DNA from: Paraphysomonas bandaiensis
Lineage: Eukaryota; Protista; Chrysophyceae
Assembly (NCBI GenBank): GCA_965644295.1
Contig: CBFFRP010000437.1
Location: 1-64,000 of the forward strand
DNA: 64,000 nucleotides
Direction of reading: 5' to 3'
In this document: positions 48,346 through 60,800 of the stretch, piece after piece
Layout of the letters: every line of letters starts with the position of its first letter
How positions within the stretch are numbered: the stretch's first letter is position 1
Notes under the pieces: model-generated
Seen by the model: only the letters and a program-made list of their open reading frames with translations
What the model was told of the DNA's origin: nothing
The model's database searches: none
Translations under genes and position numbers: made by a program

Positions 48346-51300
48346 TCAAAAACCCATATCTGTGAGCATATCGTGGCCGCGCATCTGTGACATAATGTCG
48401 GAAACAAGAGCACGCTTGCGCAGCTTCTCGATAAAATCCTGCCACGACCTTTTCTGAGAGATATCTTCCAGAGAATTAATAGTTGCCACAAGCCTAACAC
48501 AAGAGCGGATTTGTTCCATGGAACGCTCAGCCTCTGGACCAGCGGCGGCTGATGTACCTGTGTCCTTCGGTATATTTTTCTCTATCGCCCTTTCCAAAGC
48601 CCTCTCGAGATCATCCACCACACACAGGACCGCCCCAGGATGGCAACCGCATAGCTTACACAATACCTACGTGAAAACAAGTTTAGTACACGCATACCGC
48701 ACACGCAATCTAACCTGGTGGCACTGAAGGTTCGTATCGTCCTTGTTGTCGGTAAGCATTGATGTGATTTGGGAAGCCAGAGAAGTAGCGTCCATTGCAT
48801 CTGGCTTAACAAACAAAATAGTTTCACAACATGTCAGTGCCGCTTTCCGAAGGGGAAGAGCATCATCGACCTTACCGCACAAATGAGACTAGACAGGGTA
48901 GAGAGTACTTTTACCTTGTGCTTGAAAGGTCCAAGGTCCACTACTCTTTCACGCTTAAGAGATAGCGTCTTAAGGATATGAGGCACAACATCTTTCTCGA
49001 GAGAGTCTGCTACCAGTGCCGGATTGTAATGCACTGCAGCGTTGATCATATGTGTCGACGCACGGCACACTTCTATGTCATCGTCTCCAAGAAGAGCCAG
49101 AAATGGTTGCACAACTAATGGTGATGTGAAATCTGCACCGTTGTAGCGAGTAAAATAATACCGCATTGAGGTAGCAACGGTCCACAACACTGTTTTGTTC
49201 TCTCCATCAGCCTCTATATATTGATGTAAAAGCGGAAGAACTGTGTCGGGATGCATAACTGCGAGAGCCCCGAAGCATTCCGCAACCATGTTCCTCACAC
49301 CCTCTTCCTCGCTGACCGCAAGACTCTGCATACCTGGCAGCACACTATCCAGATAAGGACTGAAATTAAGGCCATTTTGAACATGTACTATAATTGTCTC
49401 TTTCAGCGCAGCAAGGAGAAGATATTGATGTTTATTACTGTCAATAGCCTGTAAAATAATAGGCAAAAAAGTATCCATGCTTCCCACAGCTAAGTGGCCA
49501 AGTGCAAACGCTGTTGCCGCTTTAATATCCTCAGATCCTGTTTCGAAGCAGTCCAGAATTTGTTCTTTGAGGTTATCAGTCCCACCTGCTGCTGATAAAT
49601 CAATTTTCTGACCCAAATGCCCAATACAAAGCAAGGCAAGATGCTTTCTGGCTTCATCCCCCCTCCAAAGATCAGAGAGCAAACCAGAGACCGCATCTTG
49701 CTGAACATCAGCAGGAGCTGAAAGACATATTCCAGCCAGGCACTGGGCAAGGATGTTAATACTCTGCTTCGGCAAGAGTACAGACAACTGTGAATCCCTC
49801 TGCTGGCCATTGCATGATGTGTCGGAAGCCACTGTTAGTCGAGATAAAAGTCGTTCTCTGAGACTTCTAAATGACAAATTAGGCACACCACTGGAAACGA
49901 AACTCTGAAGCAAAGCAATGAGCGAGTTCTGGGCAGCTCCTTGCATTAATGGAGAAGACGCTAGCGATATGACTCGGGGTAGAATTACTTCGCACATAGT
50001 AGTAGCAGTAGTGGAATCTTCGTGATAAAGATTCAGCACCCCACAAGTAACCTTCAGACTGAGGTCGGTTATACTAAGGTCGGAATCATTAATCAGCAGA
50101 GATACTTCGTGGAGTACAGAGCATATAGTCTCCGAAGGGATTGCTCCACTTTGAGAAGCCGACGATTTCATTATCGCATCTAGAGCCTGGAGAGATGTCT
50201 GCTTCAGAATGCGGCTTTGCTGACGCAGAAAGGTAGCAACATCGGCAGCTATACGAGACAGCATAGGTGCTACATCAAGTTGAAGCTCCGACATGGCCAC
50301 GAATGACAGTGCTTTCAAGGCCGGAATACGAGTTACTTCATTATCCAACCGTTTGTGCAGATGACCCATGAGGATAGCTCGTTCACTTGGTGCCAAGCAG
50401 TCTCCTAACCTGGACAAAAGTTGACCTGCACAGTGGATAGCCTCTTCCTTTATTTCATGGTCAATGTCAGGGGCCTCCAAACGGGGCAAAACAGCAGAAT
50501 AAATTGCCTCAACATGAGCACTGGAATCAACTTGAGTTGGCTCTGAAACTTCCATCTTCGCAAATTCTATATCTGCACTACTTGGGCGGCACGTGGTGAT
50601 AATATCACCAATAACTCTCAGGGCCGCAGACGTAACCTTGTACCAGTCGTCTTGTACCGCATTCACCACTATCGGCAGTACAGAAGTAACAAATGGCTGC
50701 ATCGCTCCAGCGTCATGACGATTAAACACGATGTGAAGGAACACCAACGCATCATACTTCACATTCTGTATCTATATTAGAATACGTTCATAAGTGCTCG
50801 TGCCCCTACACATACCTCATTTCTCTCTGTTGCAAGCATCTTTACCACATCTCGTAGTAGGCTCTTGATGTGCTCTTCCATAGATCCCTGTAACGATGAT
50901 AAAACTAAAGCAACGAACCTATATAAATTACACCTTTAGCACTCTCACAAATACTCCCAGTAAATGGAAAACCGCGGATTTACTCTTGAGCGAAGAACCA
51001 TTGAGCTGCTTTTTGCAAAGATTGATGACGATACTCGCTTTAGATAAAAGAAAGTTAGAAATGTCGGAGTTTATTTCGCGCTCTTTCGAGGGAGAAATAG
51101 CATCTCCGGATGCTGAACGTGTGCGGGTGACAGGGATCGTTCCCGAAGTTCTAGAGCGGTGAGTAGATAGACTGGGTGTTGGAACAAATTCAACACCTCC
51201 CACAGGTGCCCGACTAAGTGTGGCCTGAAGCAAGGATGTGAAGCACGCAAATATCTCCAAGCGCACACTTTCTTCCCTTTCCTTGAACCTTGACACAAGG

Positions 51301-52454
51301 TCGTCAGCCACTTTCACATACACATCTGGCTCCAGAATTTCTGCTCTGGCAGATATAATCGCACTGACCACTCGAATGGCCGCTTTTCGCACCTTCCAAG
51401 AAGTATCGTCATCATCAGATCCCTCATAGTCATCATCTTCGTAGTCATCCTCGTCAAATTCCCCTTCTTCCTCCACATCTCTGACTTCTTCATCACTATC
51501 ATAGCAGTAATTGGGGTCGAAAGTCATGAATTCGAGTGACTTTGACAGTACATTATGTACATGAGGGGCAATCTCTTTCGGACAACGAAGAACAAATGAT
51601 TCTAGTCCAGGGAAGCAGTGCTCACGAAGATCATTAGCTGCTTCAGTGTAGCCATCCACCCCCTCGATATCACCGCAGCACCGTAGAAACAGGGGCACGA
51701 GGTCGTCAAGGCTTTTCCCGAGTCTATACCCCACAGTGCGAGATACTGTACCGATAGTCTGAATTAGAGTGCGCAAATCGTCAGAGGAGGGAAATTTTTG
51801 CTTGTTCAGTTCCTTGATACGACGCAAAAGGTCATCTACTAAGCGGAAAAGGAGTGGGTCAGTTGCAACCACGGCGAGTGCACCCAGACAAACAGATGCG
51901 CGCTTTCGGATAACCGACTTCGAATGCTCCAGGCATACGACAATGACAGCCAGTATGCTTTCATGTTCTCGCCTCATTAAGTGACCAAAACGTCTCAATA
52001 AATCTGTCATGTCATCGAGACACTCGCGCTTAACATCGTCATTAGACGATCCGATCCCATTGGTTAAGTTTGATGTAAGTTTACTCACCACCAACTCACC
52101 CATAGCATCCGGAACATCCGATATAAGAGTCTTTAAGCCAATCGAATATATATCTCGTAATTCATTTTGTCCCTGTAGCACAAGACTGCATAGCTTGGCA
52201 CATATTTCCCCCACTTGATTCTGCTGTACTTTCTTTAGTAGTGTCCCCAAACACTTCACTGCAACAGACTGTACGTCATTAGACTTATCATCTAGTTGTT
52301 TGAGTACTGCGGCACATATCTGCCTCTCAGTCATGTCATCTATCTTTATATCAGTGGCTAATAAGCCGCATAAGTCACTAGTTGCCATATATCTCTCATC
52401 CTTATCGTAGTGACTAGTTTTCTCCAGCAACACATTTAACGTACTTGTTGACAT
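48346..52454 (-). CDS. CAND1: Cullin-associated NEDD8-dissociated protein 1 (HEAT repeats), multi-exon
   Basis: LLEKTSHYDKDERYMATSDL, DKSNDVQSVAVKCLG, DDDDTSWKVRKAA, RFKEREESVR, EEEGVRNMVAECFG, VDLGPFKHK|VDDALPLRKAA. Confidence 0.97.
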
Positions 52455-52920
52455 GTTTCTCGAGACAATAATCTCCTAAAGGACTATAAGTCAAGCGATT
52501 AGTGTAATGTTATTATACTGAGGATGATATACGTATGGTACAGCTATATTCCATATTTCATGCTTTGGATGCATTTTGTATATACTGTAGGATAGTACGT
52601 GTAGAGGAGTATTCTGGGATATTCCAGACTGCACTTGATTTCGACTGAAATTACAGACAAAATTCCACTCAGATTCAAAAATTGGTGCATTTATAGGTAG
52701 ACCTACACCATAGAATGTGGAGTTTTCTTCATTTCAATGGCCCATTTTATTGTGCTCGCTCCAGCATGTCAGACTCTGTACAATGACATTTCAATGTGAG
52801 GGTCCTGCGGTTAACAGCTCACTTTGTTTTTCTCCTCACCATGCACTTTACATAGCCACAGCACACACCTGGATTCGGGAACTATTTTGATATTGGAGAG
52901 GTGCTATTATCCACAGTAAC

Positions 52921-55506
52921 ATGCATATTACGTTGTTTTTTCTACTATGTATAGCTCTGTCAGGAGCCCACACAGACCATAACTCTACCGGTCTAATATT
53001 CAACTTAGAAGTAAAGAATTCTGATGTGGTTAATGGAAGAGTTGTGAGACGATATCTGAGTGCTGAGTCACCGGACGCTCCGCTCTACAGAGGATTTGGG
53101 ACTCATTTTGTGTATATATGGGTTGGCACCCCACCCCAGAGAGTGTCTGTGATCGTTGATACGGGGAGCCACCACACTGCCTTCCCTTGTAAAGGCTGTT
53201 CCAACTGTGGCAAGCATACCAATCAATATTTTGATCCTGGGTTGTCGAAGTCTGCCGTCATCTCTAGATGTGGAAGCCAAAAATGTTTGTTTTCTCAGAG
53301 CTATACTGAAGGCAGCTCGTGGAAAGCTTACAAAATTAAAGATACAGTTTGGATCGGTGGTGAAAAAGTTGATATGTTAGATAATGATAACTTACCAAAT
53401 TGGAATGTGACTTTTACATTTGGATGTCAGTCGAGTGAAACTGGTCTCTTCCGAACGCAACTGGAAAACGGAATCATGGGGATGTCTGCTGACCCCAACA
53501 CTCTTCCTTACGCTCTCGTTGCACACAAAATCATCAAGACTAATGTATTTTCTCTTTGTTTCCTACACACTGGTGGTACAATGGCCATTGGCGCAACTAA
53601 TGCGAAACTTAATAAACACGAGATGCAATATGCTGCAATGCTAAAGAAGTCGGGGTACTTCACCGTCTTTGTCGAAGGAGTGTTTCTCAGGAAGCCAGGG
53701 GATGAGAAGCTCCAGGGTATAGGCGAATCGAAGACCAAATACAACACTGGGAAAGGTATTATTGTGGACAGTGGAACCACTGACTCCTATCTTCCATCCT
53801 CTATTGCTTCCTCATTTATGCGACTTTTCCGTAGCATTTCTGGAATCACCTACTCGAACTCCGCAATGTCACTAACTTCGGATCAAATCAAACGCTTACC
53901 AGTAATTGTCTACCGTCTTCGAAGTTCAGAGTCATTTGATAAGTTTATCGAGGTAGAGTTCCCGCCTAAGAATTATGTAGAACCTGTACCCGGACAGCAT
54001 GGACGGTACGTCATAAGATTATATCTGCACGAGCGATCAGGTGGGGTAATCGGTGCAAATATGATGATTGGACACAATGTCGTGTTTGACCAACACAATA
54101 TGCGGGTCGGGTTCGCCAAGTCAGATTGTTTGGTGCAGAATAGTGGAATGCACGCTGGGGTTACGAAACCGTCGAAAATTCACCGTAGGTTACAGTTGCC
54201 TGTTCGCCCACCTAAGGGAAACAACAACCCTAGTACTCGTACTATCGTGCAGAACACTATTGATAAGTATGGGGCATGTGCTAGACCGTCTGGACCATGT
54301 AACGCCATATGTGCCAGGTGATTTCTTTTTTCCATGTATATTTAATTCTAGCGAAGATTATTAACTCAACCGTGTAAACAGAGGCCCAAAGTCAACCACA
54401 GCGAAGGTCACATATCCTGGGACAGGATTTTATGCTCATGGTTTCCAGGTGTACACAATAAACCAATCATGCTTATTATCTCAGAATATTAAAGCGGTAA
54501 CGAATAACCAACAGCTAAAAGCATGCCGAATTCCTTGTACTGCAACGAGTAAACCTCACATCACTGGCGATCCTCTGTGTCCTACCACTGTGTGGGGTGA
54601 CTGCAGGTCTGATTGCACTCAAGAGCGTATCGTCGGGCGGGCTCTACATGTTACAAATAACTGTACTAAACATGTAGAGAAGCGAAGCTGTCGCTCGAAG
54701 CTATGCACTTTTGATCACTTTAAGGAGTGCACTTATGTAGCCAGTGTAACGATCCCATCCTTCGATTTGCGTATATGGTCTAAAGTGTGGAAAGAGGAAA
54801 TGATTTCTGCTATGGCGAAAGTATTGAAGGTGGATCCTGGAGTAGTGGATATACCGTTTCATCCTCAACGCACAATGGATATGTCTGTGCAAATCATTTT
54901 TCATATACGTTTATACGTGAATAAGAGTCAGCCTTCTGAAAAGTCGAGGGCTACTCCCACCACACTCTGCCAATCCATACCGATGTTAGATCAAGTGTCG
55001 CGAGGAAACACCGTTGAGATTGTCAATGAATTTCTCGCAAACTTGTATAGCCTGGAATCCCCTGCATGGTGAGAACAGTCAACTGTGTTGTCATGTGTCT
55101 AATAATGTTGTGTACAGTGGCGATTGGAAATGGCTCAAAGGTGATATTATAACGATACAAACACATACACCACTCACCTCTTCAGTTAATAAATTAGGTA
55201 GATTACGTACATTATGTGGTGTGCATTTTTCACGCTATTGTATTTTATGCAGAGTCTCAGCTAGCGATGAGTGCTCGGCACCGGAAGAGAAGTCCTAGTA
55301 AAGTGGGATTGAATAAAAGCAAATCTCTTGCGGTAAATATGTGGAGTAGCGATTCCTTTATAGCCATGGTTGTTGTAGCAGGTATTTTGGTGACTACTCT
55401 CATTTTGTTCGCCGTGTATTCGTCTCGACAGAATGAAATGCGCCGACGAATCGAAGCACCTCGCCGACAAATATCTGTTCCAGTTTTACAAGCTAGAAGA
55501 AGATAG
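52921..55506 (+). CDS. A1 aspartic protease, plasmepsin V/nepenthesin-insert type, with Cys-rich (TSP1-like) segment and C-terminal TM; multi-exon
   Basis: Signal peptide; GTPPQRVSVIVDTGS, FPCKGCSNCGKH, SYTEGSS, IVDSGTT, VIGANMM..VVFD..RVGFAKSDC; downstream exons with CPTTVWGDCRSDC..EKRSC; TM FIAMVVVAGILVTTLILFAVY. Confidence 0.92.
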
Positions 55507-55866
55507 AGTTTATGCTATTGTGCAGCTAATTGTGCTTGCGTAATAATTCGGTGTGCTCAGCGCTCATCTTTTTAAATAGTGTTGTTTAGTGCCTTGCCTA
55601 TAAATAACTATATATTTCAATTGATGTTACTGGGGCTGATTCTATTAGAATATGGATCTTATTCTAGTATATTCAGTATGTCACTTGAAGACAATGTACG
55701 AGAATACAGTGAAATATAGTGATGTACAAATGCTGTGATGATATTGAGAAACTGAAATAGTTTGATCTTTCAAGATATGTTCAGTAACGAGAGGTTCGCA
55801 TATGTAGGATATTATGCAGGGATTATAATGAGTTAGTGTTGGTTATCACAACTTTGTGAAAACGAT

Positions 55867-57058
55867 TGGTTTTAACCACACTCAAAAACCACACTCACCA
55901 TCACAGCACAAAAAACACTGTTGTTATGTACGGAAAAAACGTAACAGTCAATTCAGACTCGACTCAAATGAAGTATGTGAATATGGCAGCAGCGGCCAAC
56001 ACTCCCAGTGACCCAATCACAGGGCAAAATGATGTGCAGGTAACTTCATTATATTCGACTCATTCTTATACTTAGAGATGTCTTCAAAGCAGAGCAGATT
56101 CAATACAAAAGAGCGCACAGAGAAGGCTGCACGGCAAGCCAAAATAGGGGCTGAGTCGAAGAAGCTTAAAAAACAGTGGAAGCGGATTGGTTTGAGACAT
56201 AAATCGTTTCATCTGTTCACTGTGAGTAAGATATAACAAGATGTGTGCTATTTGGATTCGTATTTATGGCAAACAATTCGTGTTTACCGGTGTCTAGAAG
56301 AAGGTCCTTCCACTGTGTTCAGATCTGGAATAATACCGAAAAGAGTTCAGAAGAAATTATCCTACGATTTCGTCGTTTGGCATACTATTTGCCGAAACAT
56401 TCACTGCCAACTTTATGTTTGACAAACTCTACTCTGAAGATGTCTCCTTGAAGTTTAAGAGTATTCTTAGAGGTATTATTAATCCGAAGCAGTTTCCTGC
56501 GTTGACACGACTGGTGCAGCACGGAGTAGATATGTGGGGAAAATAGAATGGGTATAGAAGAAAAGAAAGAAGCATATAGTTGTGCACGCTCATAGGAAAG
56601 ATGGGAAGCAACACACAGTATTAAGTAATGCGTACACGAGGCGGACAACCAAGGCCTTGACATCATATATGTATTCCTGTGCGTGATGACTATTCCAAGC
56701 TGTTTTTTACGCCTATGACAAATACACAAGCAAATCAAACAGAGGGTATGACCACACAGGGATGGTGGTAATGGGCGTTTGGGTGAGGCGGGAAAAAGCA
56801 TAATTCGTTTATGTTTGGTTGTATAATAGAAAACACTGTCAACGCATATCGTCATATAATGAATGTCAATTCCGAAGATTTTGAGTACTTTAGTTATATT
56901 GCCAAACACTAGCAAACGATTTGTATGTGCATGCAAGCACACTCTCTGATAGTACTATTCAGTAGAGTAATACAATAAATTTAATTGATTTGGACGTAAA
57001 TATATTACTTCTTATAAGTGTGGTTACTGACTGTGGTTAATGAGTGTGGTTAAGACCA
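55867..57058. mobile_element. TIR element with decayed transposase-like interior (piggyBac-like or 3-bp-TSD type)
   Basis: Inverted termini TGGTTTTAACCACACTCA / TGAGTGTGGTTAAGACCA; subterminal TGTGGTTA repeats; interior reads as a broken coding sequence. Confidence 0.55.
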
Positions 57059-57116
57059 GATATTAATAAAAATCTATCTAGTCTTACGACAAATTCTCTC
57101 TGTGATTTAGCTGAAA

Positions 57117-58500
57117 ATGAGCAATTGTCAATATGGTAGCGAGCGAGGAGGAGAGAAGGAGGATAGAGGAGTAGTGCCACAGTTTAATGAGAACAATGTT
57201 GAACAATGGATTGAAGGCTTCGAAACGTTCCTCATGAGGAAAGAGCAAAGTGAGGTAGCGGTGGAGCCACCACCGAAGGAAAACGTTAATGGAGGAGAAG
57301 TCTTACAGACCGGCTGTGAAAAAGTACTGGAAGGCGAATGCCATAGCGTATTCGTACTGCAGAGAGGCAGTGCAAACATCTTCGAAGGCGCTTCAGAAAT
57401 TCCATCTTCTACATAAAGGGTTCAAGGCTGATGGAAAAGGAAGCAACAGGTTTAAGCAAGGCGCATATTATGATTGATGAGTTGAAGAAGTGCTTTGCTG
57501 GAGGGAAGCAGAACAAGATCAGTGAGCTGTTGACTCAGTATGGCTCTTTCCGTATGCGTCCGGAGGAGACTGCGAAGAAGGACTATATATTACAGTTTGA
57601 AATACTGCTGAAAGAGCTACAGGAGCAGCAGCAGGACATATCGGAGCTCTCAAAAATAACACGGTTATTACGAGAAGGTCTATTAAATGAGGAATATGCT
57701 CCTTTGAATGTTGCTGTGTACTTGATGCCTGATGATGTTGATTATGCAACATTATCAAGGAATATAGAACGGTATGATGATACCATTCCTGTAAGGATTG
57801 CGTTAGAGAGCGGAAACGCAAGAAGGTGGAGGAGCTGAATTTCATTGAAAAGAGCAAACGGTCTCGAACAGAACGGGATAAGCGTAAGAAGGGCAATTGT
57901 AGATATTGCAGGAAAGAAGGAATCCCTCATAGCCATTCAACTGAACAGTGCAGGAGGAAGCAGAGGAAGAAGGATGGAGAGATATCAGGGCAGCGTCCTG
58001 GAAGTGCTGAGTATACGGGATGCAGAAATTGCAAGTCTCTGGAACATCTTGCTGCTGATTGTCCAACGACGAAGAAAAAGCATTCTAGAAGAATCATGGT
58101 AGGAAGCTGCTGACAGTAGAGAATATACGGCGCGTGGAGAACCGGCAGATTTCTCTGATGAAGATAAAGCTAATAATATGATCGAGGATGTTATGAAATT
58201 GTCATGCAATATACATGAAACGAATATATGTAGTGTAAATGATGACATGCATTATACATATATTGACACCTGCTGTTCATCATCGATGTTCTTGATGAAT
58301 GATGCGACAATGCTTGATACTCATATATGAATACATCAAAGGTGATAAAAACGGCTCTAAGAAGGGATCAGAGATTCATGGTTCCCGTGGAGCATGGAGA
58401 GACATAGAAATTTCAGATCAGATCAATCGATGCCTGTGCTCCGGACGTAAGTTGAACGAAATGGGCTATCGATACACGGTGTGGTATGGGATCCAAATTA
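57117..58500 (+). pseudogene. Decayed LTR retrotransposon gag-protease
   Basis: Frameshifted gag-like ORFs with knuckles CRYCRKEGIPHSHSTEQC and CRNCKSLEHLAADC, then protease-like YIDTCCS at ~58255-58280. Confidence 0.65.
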
Positions 58501-58529
58501 TGACTGTAATTATGAAGAAACTATGAACC

Positions 58530-59260
58530 TTGAAGAATTCATCAAGGCTATATGCTGCTTGTCTTATAGGAATGACACACGCTGGAACTCTGTCCATCAT
58601 TCATGGAAGCGGTATTTGTTACTTATTACTTACTCCTGTGTTGACTTGTGATAATTTCAATGACGATGTTACGGACATCGTAACTACCTTTTGTACCACA
58701 GCACCGACGGATCGCGCAAGTAACATCAAACCTTCTTGCTATAAGTGCAACGAAGTCGCATTGATGCTGCAGAAATCGTCTGTGGATCATTATGATGTTG
58801 TGCGTAGGATGTTCGACAAACTTATTGAAAACTTTCCTGATATGGAACAGTATCTTGGTGCTAATGTTACCATTACAACTGACCCAATATTCGAGAGAAG
58901 CCAACTGGAGAATACTCTGACTGTTGCAGATGCTAAAACCGTTAAGGTCTATCTCCTTGCGGCTCATAAGGATGACGATAGCAGTGGCGATGATGAAACG
59001 GGGAAAACACGAGGATTTGCTGTGGATATAGTGAGAGAAGCTGTGGCAAAAGAGGCAAAGAACATCAGGAGAGCCACTAAATATCGCTCCATGATGAATC
59101 ATTTGGTGACGACTTCCAATATTGTTGCGCGATTATTTAGCAGAGCAAATCTATTTATGAGAGACCAGCGCAAGCTAATGGAACCCCAGCATATCGAGCA
59201 GTACTCTTTTTGAGCTGCAATAAATTCTTCTGGAACGAAGTTACCATTGATGATATTATA
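58530..59260 (+). pseudogene. hAT transposase remnant
   Basis: NDTRWNS (58571, alternate frame) and the hATC dimerisation motif TTSNIVARLFSRANLFMRDQRKLMEPQHIE. Confidence 0.8.
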
Positions 59261-60290
59261 GTTGCTGATGATGTTTAAGAATATTGTTCGCATTAGCTAA
59301 TAACTGACCTGTAACATGGGAACGAACTGCTCATCATTGCTGTTAAATATAGCTAGTACTTAGTCTATATAAACACTTTCCATTTACTTTTTTCCAAAGC
59401 AATGAAGCAATAGTAATCAAACCATTATAATGGTCCATTCATGGTTATACGCAAGCCTGAGGGGTAGAGGAAACTTTTTGTGATGCCTGCAACTTTTAAA
59501 TCAACATCTCTCTACTACATTCATTGATATTCGCTATAAAAGTAGAGTTTAGCTGTTTGTGAAATTATAAGCTGTATTATTTCGTCAACATTAGTCACAT
59601 ACATATGGAAGGTGAAGAAGTAACTTAGATATGAAAATATATATCTCATATATTCATTGCTATATTCGCTATATATCTCTCATCATTTATTGCTATTCGC
59701 TATAATTATATTCTTTCAACCAGGAAAACGGAAGAATACGTTGGAATACTACTATTGTTAGAATGTTCCATCAATAGTAGTATTGATAGATTTTTTAAAC
59801 CGGCCCAATAATACTATTTTGCAATATTATATTGGTATTTAATCCGTAAGTATAGACATCCGTAGAGAATTCAATTATTACAGTTCGTTCACTCATAAGT
59901 AGCTGCTCCTAATATCAGCAAATATATTTCTAGAACTAGACATAAGTCTTAAAAAGTAAGCATATGCACTGAAAGCTTACGTCACAAAGATATATGAGAC
60001 ATAGTTTTACCTAGTAGCCGGTTTACTATACCGTTAAGACAAGTGAAAGTGACCAGCACAAATTTCGCGAATTTTACACTAACAAAATATGGCTCTAATC
60101 CATATCACAATTCCTGTGAATAGTGAAGTGTACAGCGACCTCAGATGGGTTCTGTATATCTTCCATTTCTTTGTCAGAAATAAACTTAGGGTTATTTGCT
60201 AGTATATTCTCTCTGATGTCATCGTCAGGTAGAGTTACATTATTGTCATATACTCACCACCCAACAAATTATCCTGTCTGAGCCAGATGT

Positions 60291-60800
60291 TCATACAATC
60301 ATGCGCATGTCTAACCAAAGAATCCAGTTCATGTCTCTACCAGAAAAGTACCTTCGTCCAATGCTATTCTTGATGTTTGCCCAGTAGAGTTCTATCGGTT
60401 GGAAATAGGTGGGGTAAAAATCACTTCCAAACAAAGCACTGCAAAACGACATTCTACCCAACAAGTCAGCAAGTCGCAAAGATGTCGTCAGCCTCTTGAA
60501 GCTCCCTGAGAGATGGACCTGCTGGAGAATTTCGAAACCCTCCATGCCTAGGCACTTCAAACTGAAGCAGCGTGCCATTCCTGTTAACAGTAATATGGGA
60601 CCCCCTCCAGGCAGACACTTGCGCAGCAGCGTACACTCACTCTTGCTGAGACGATAAGGGTTAATCATGCCTCCCATATGGTAGGGGGCATTGTCCAATA
60701 CTAGAATGCAAGGGGTACCAGGATACTTTTTCTTCCACTTTGGAACAAAGTAACAGTGAATTCATTTCTCAAACGACTCGAAATTCATGGCAGTGTGTAT
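60291..60800 (-). pseudogene. Tc1/IS630-family DDE transposase remnant
   Basis: CILVLDNAPYH and YFQPIELYWANIK motifs; frameshifted. Confidence 0.75.
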
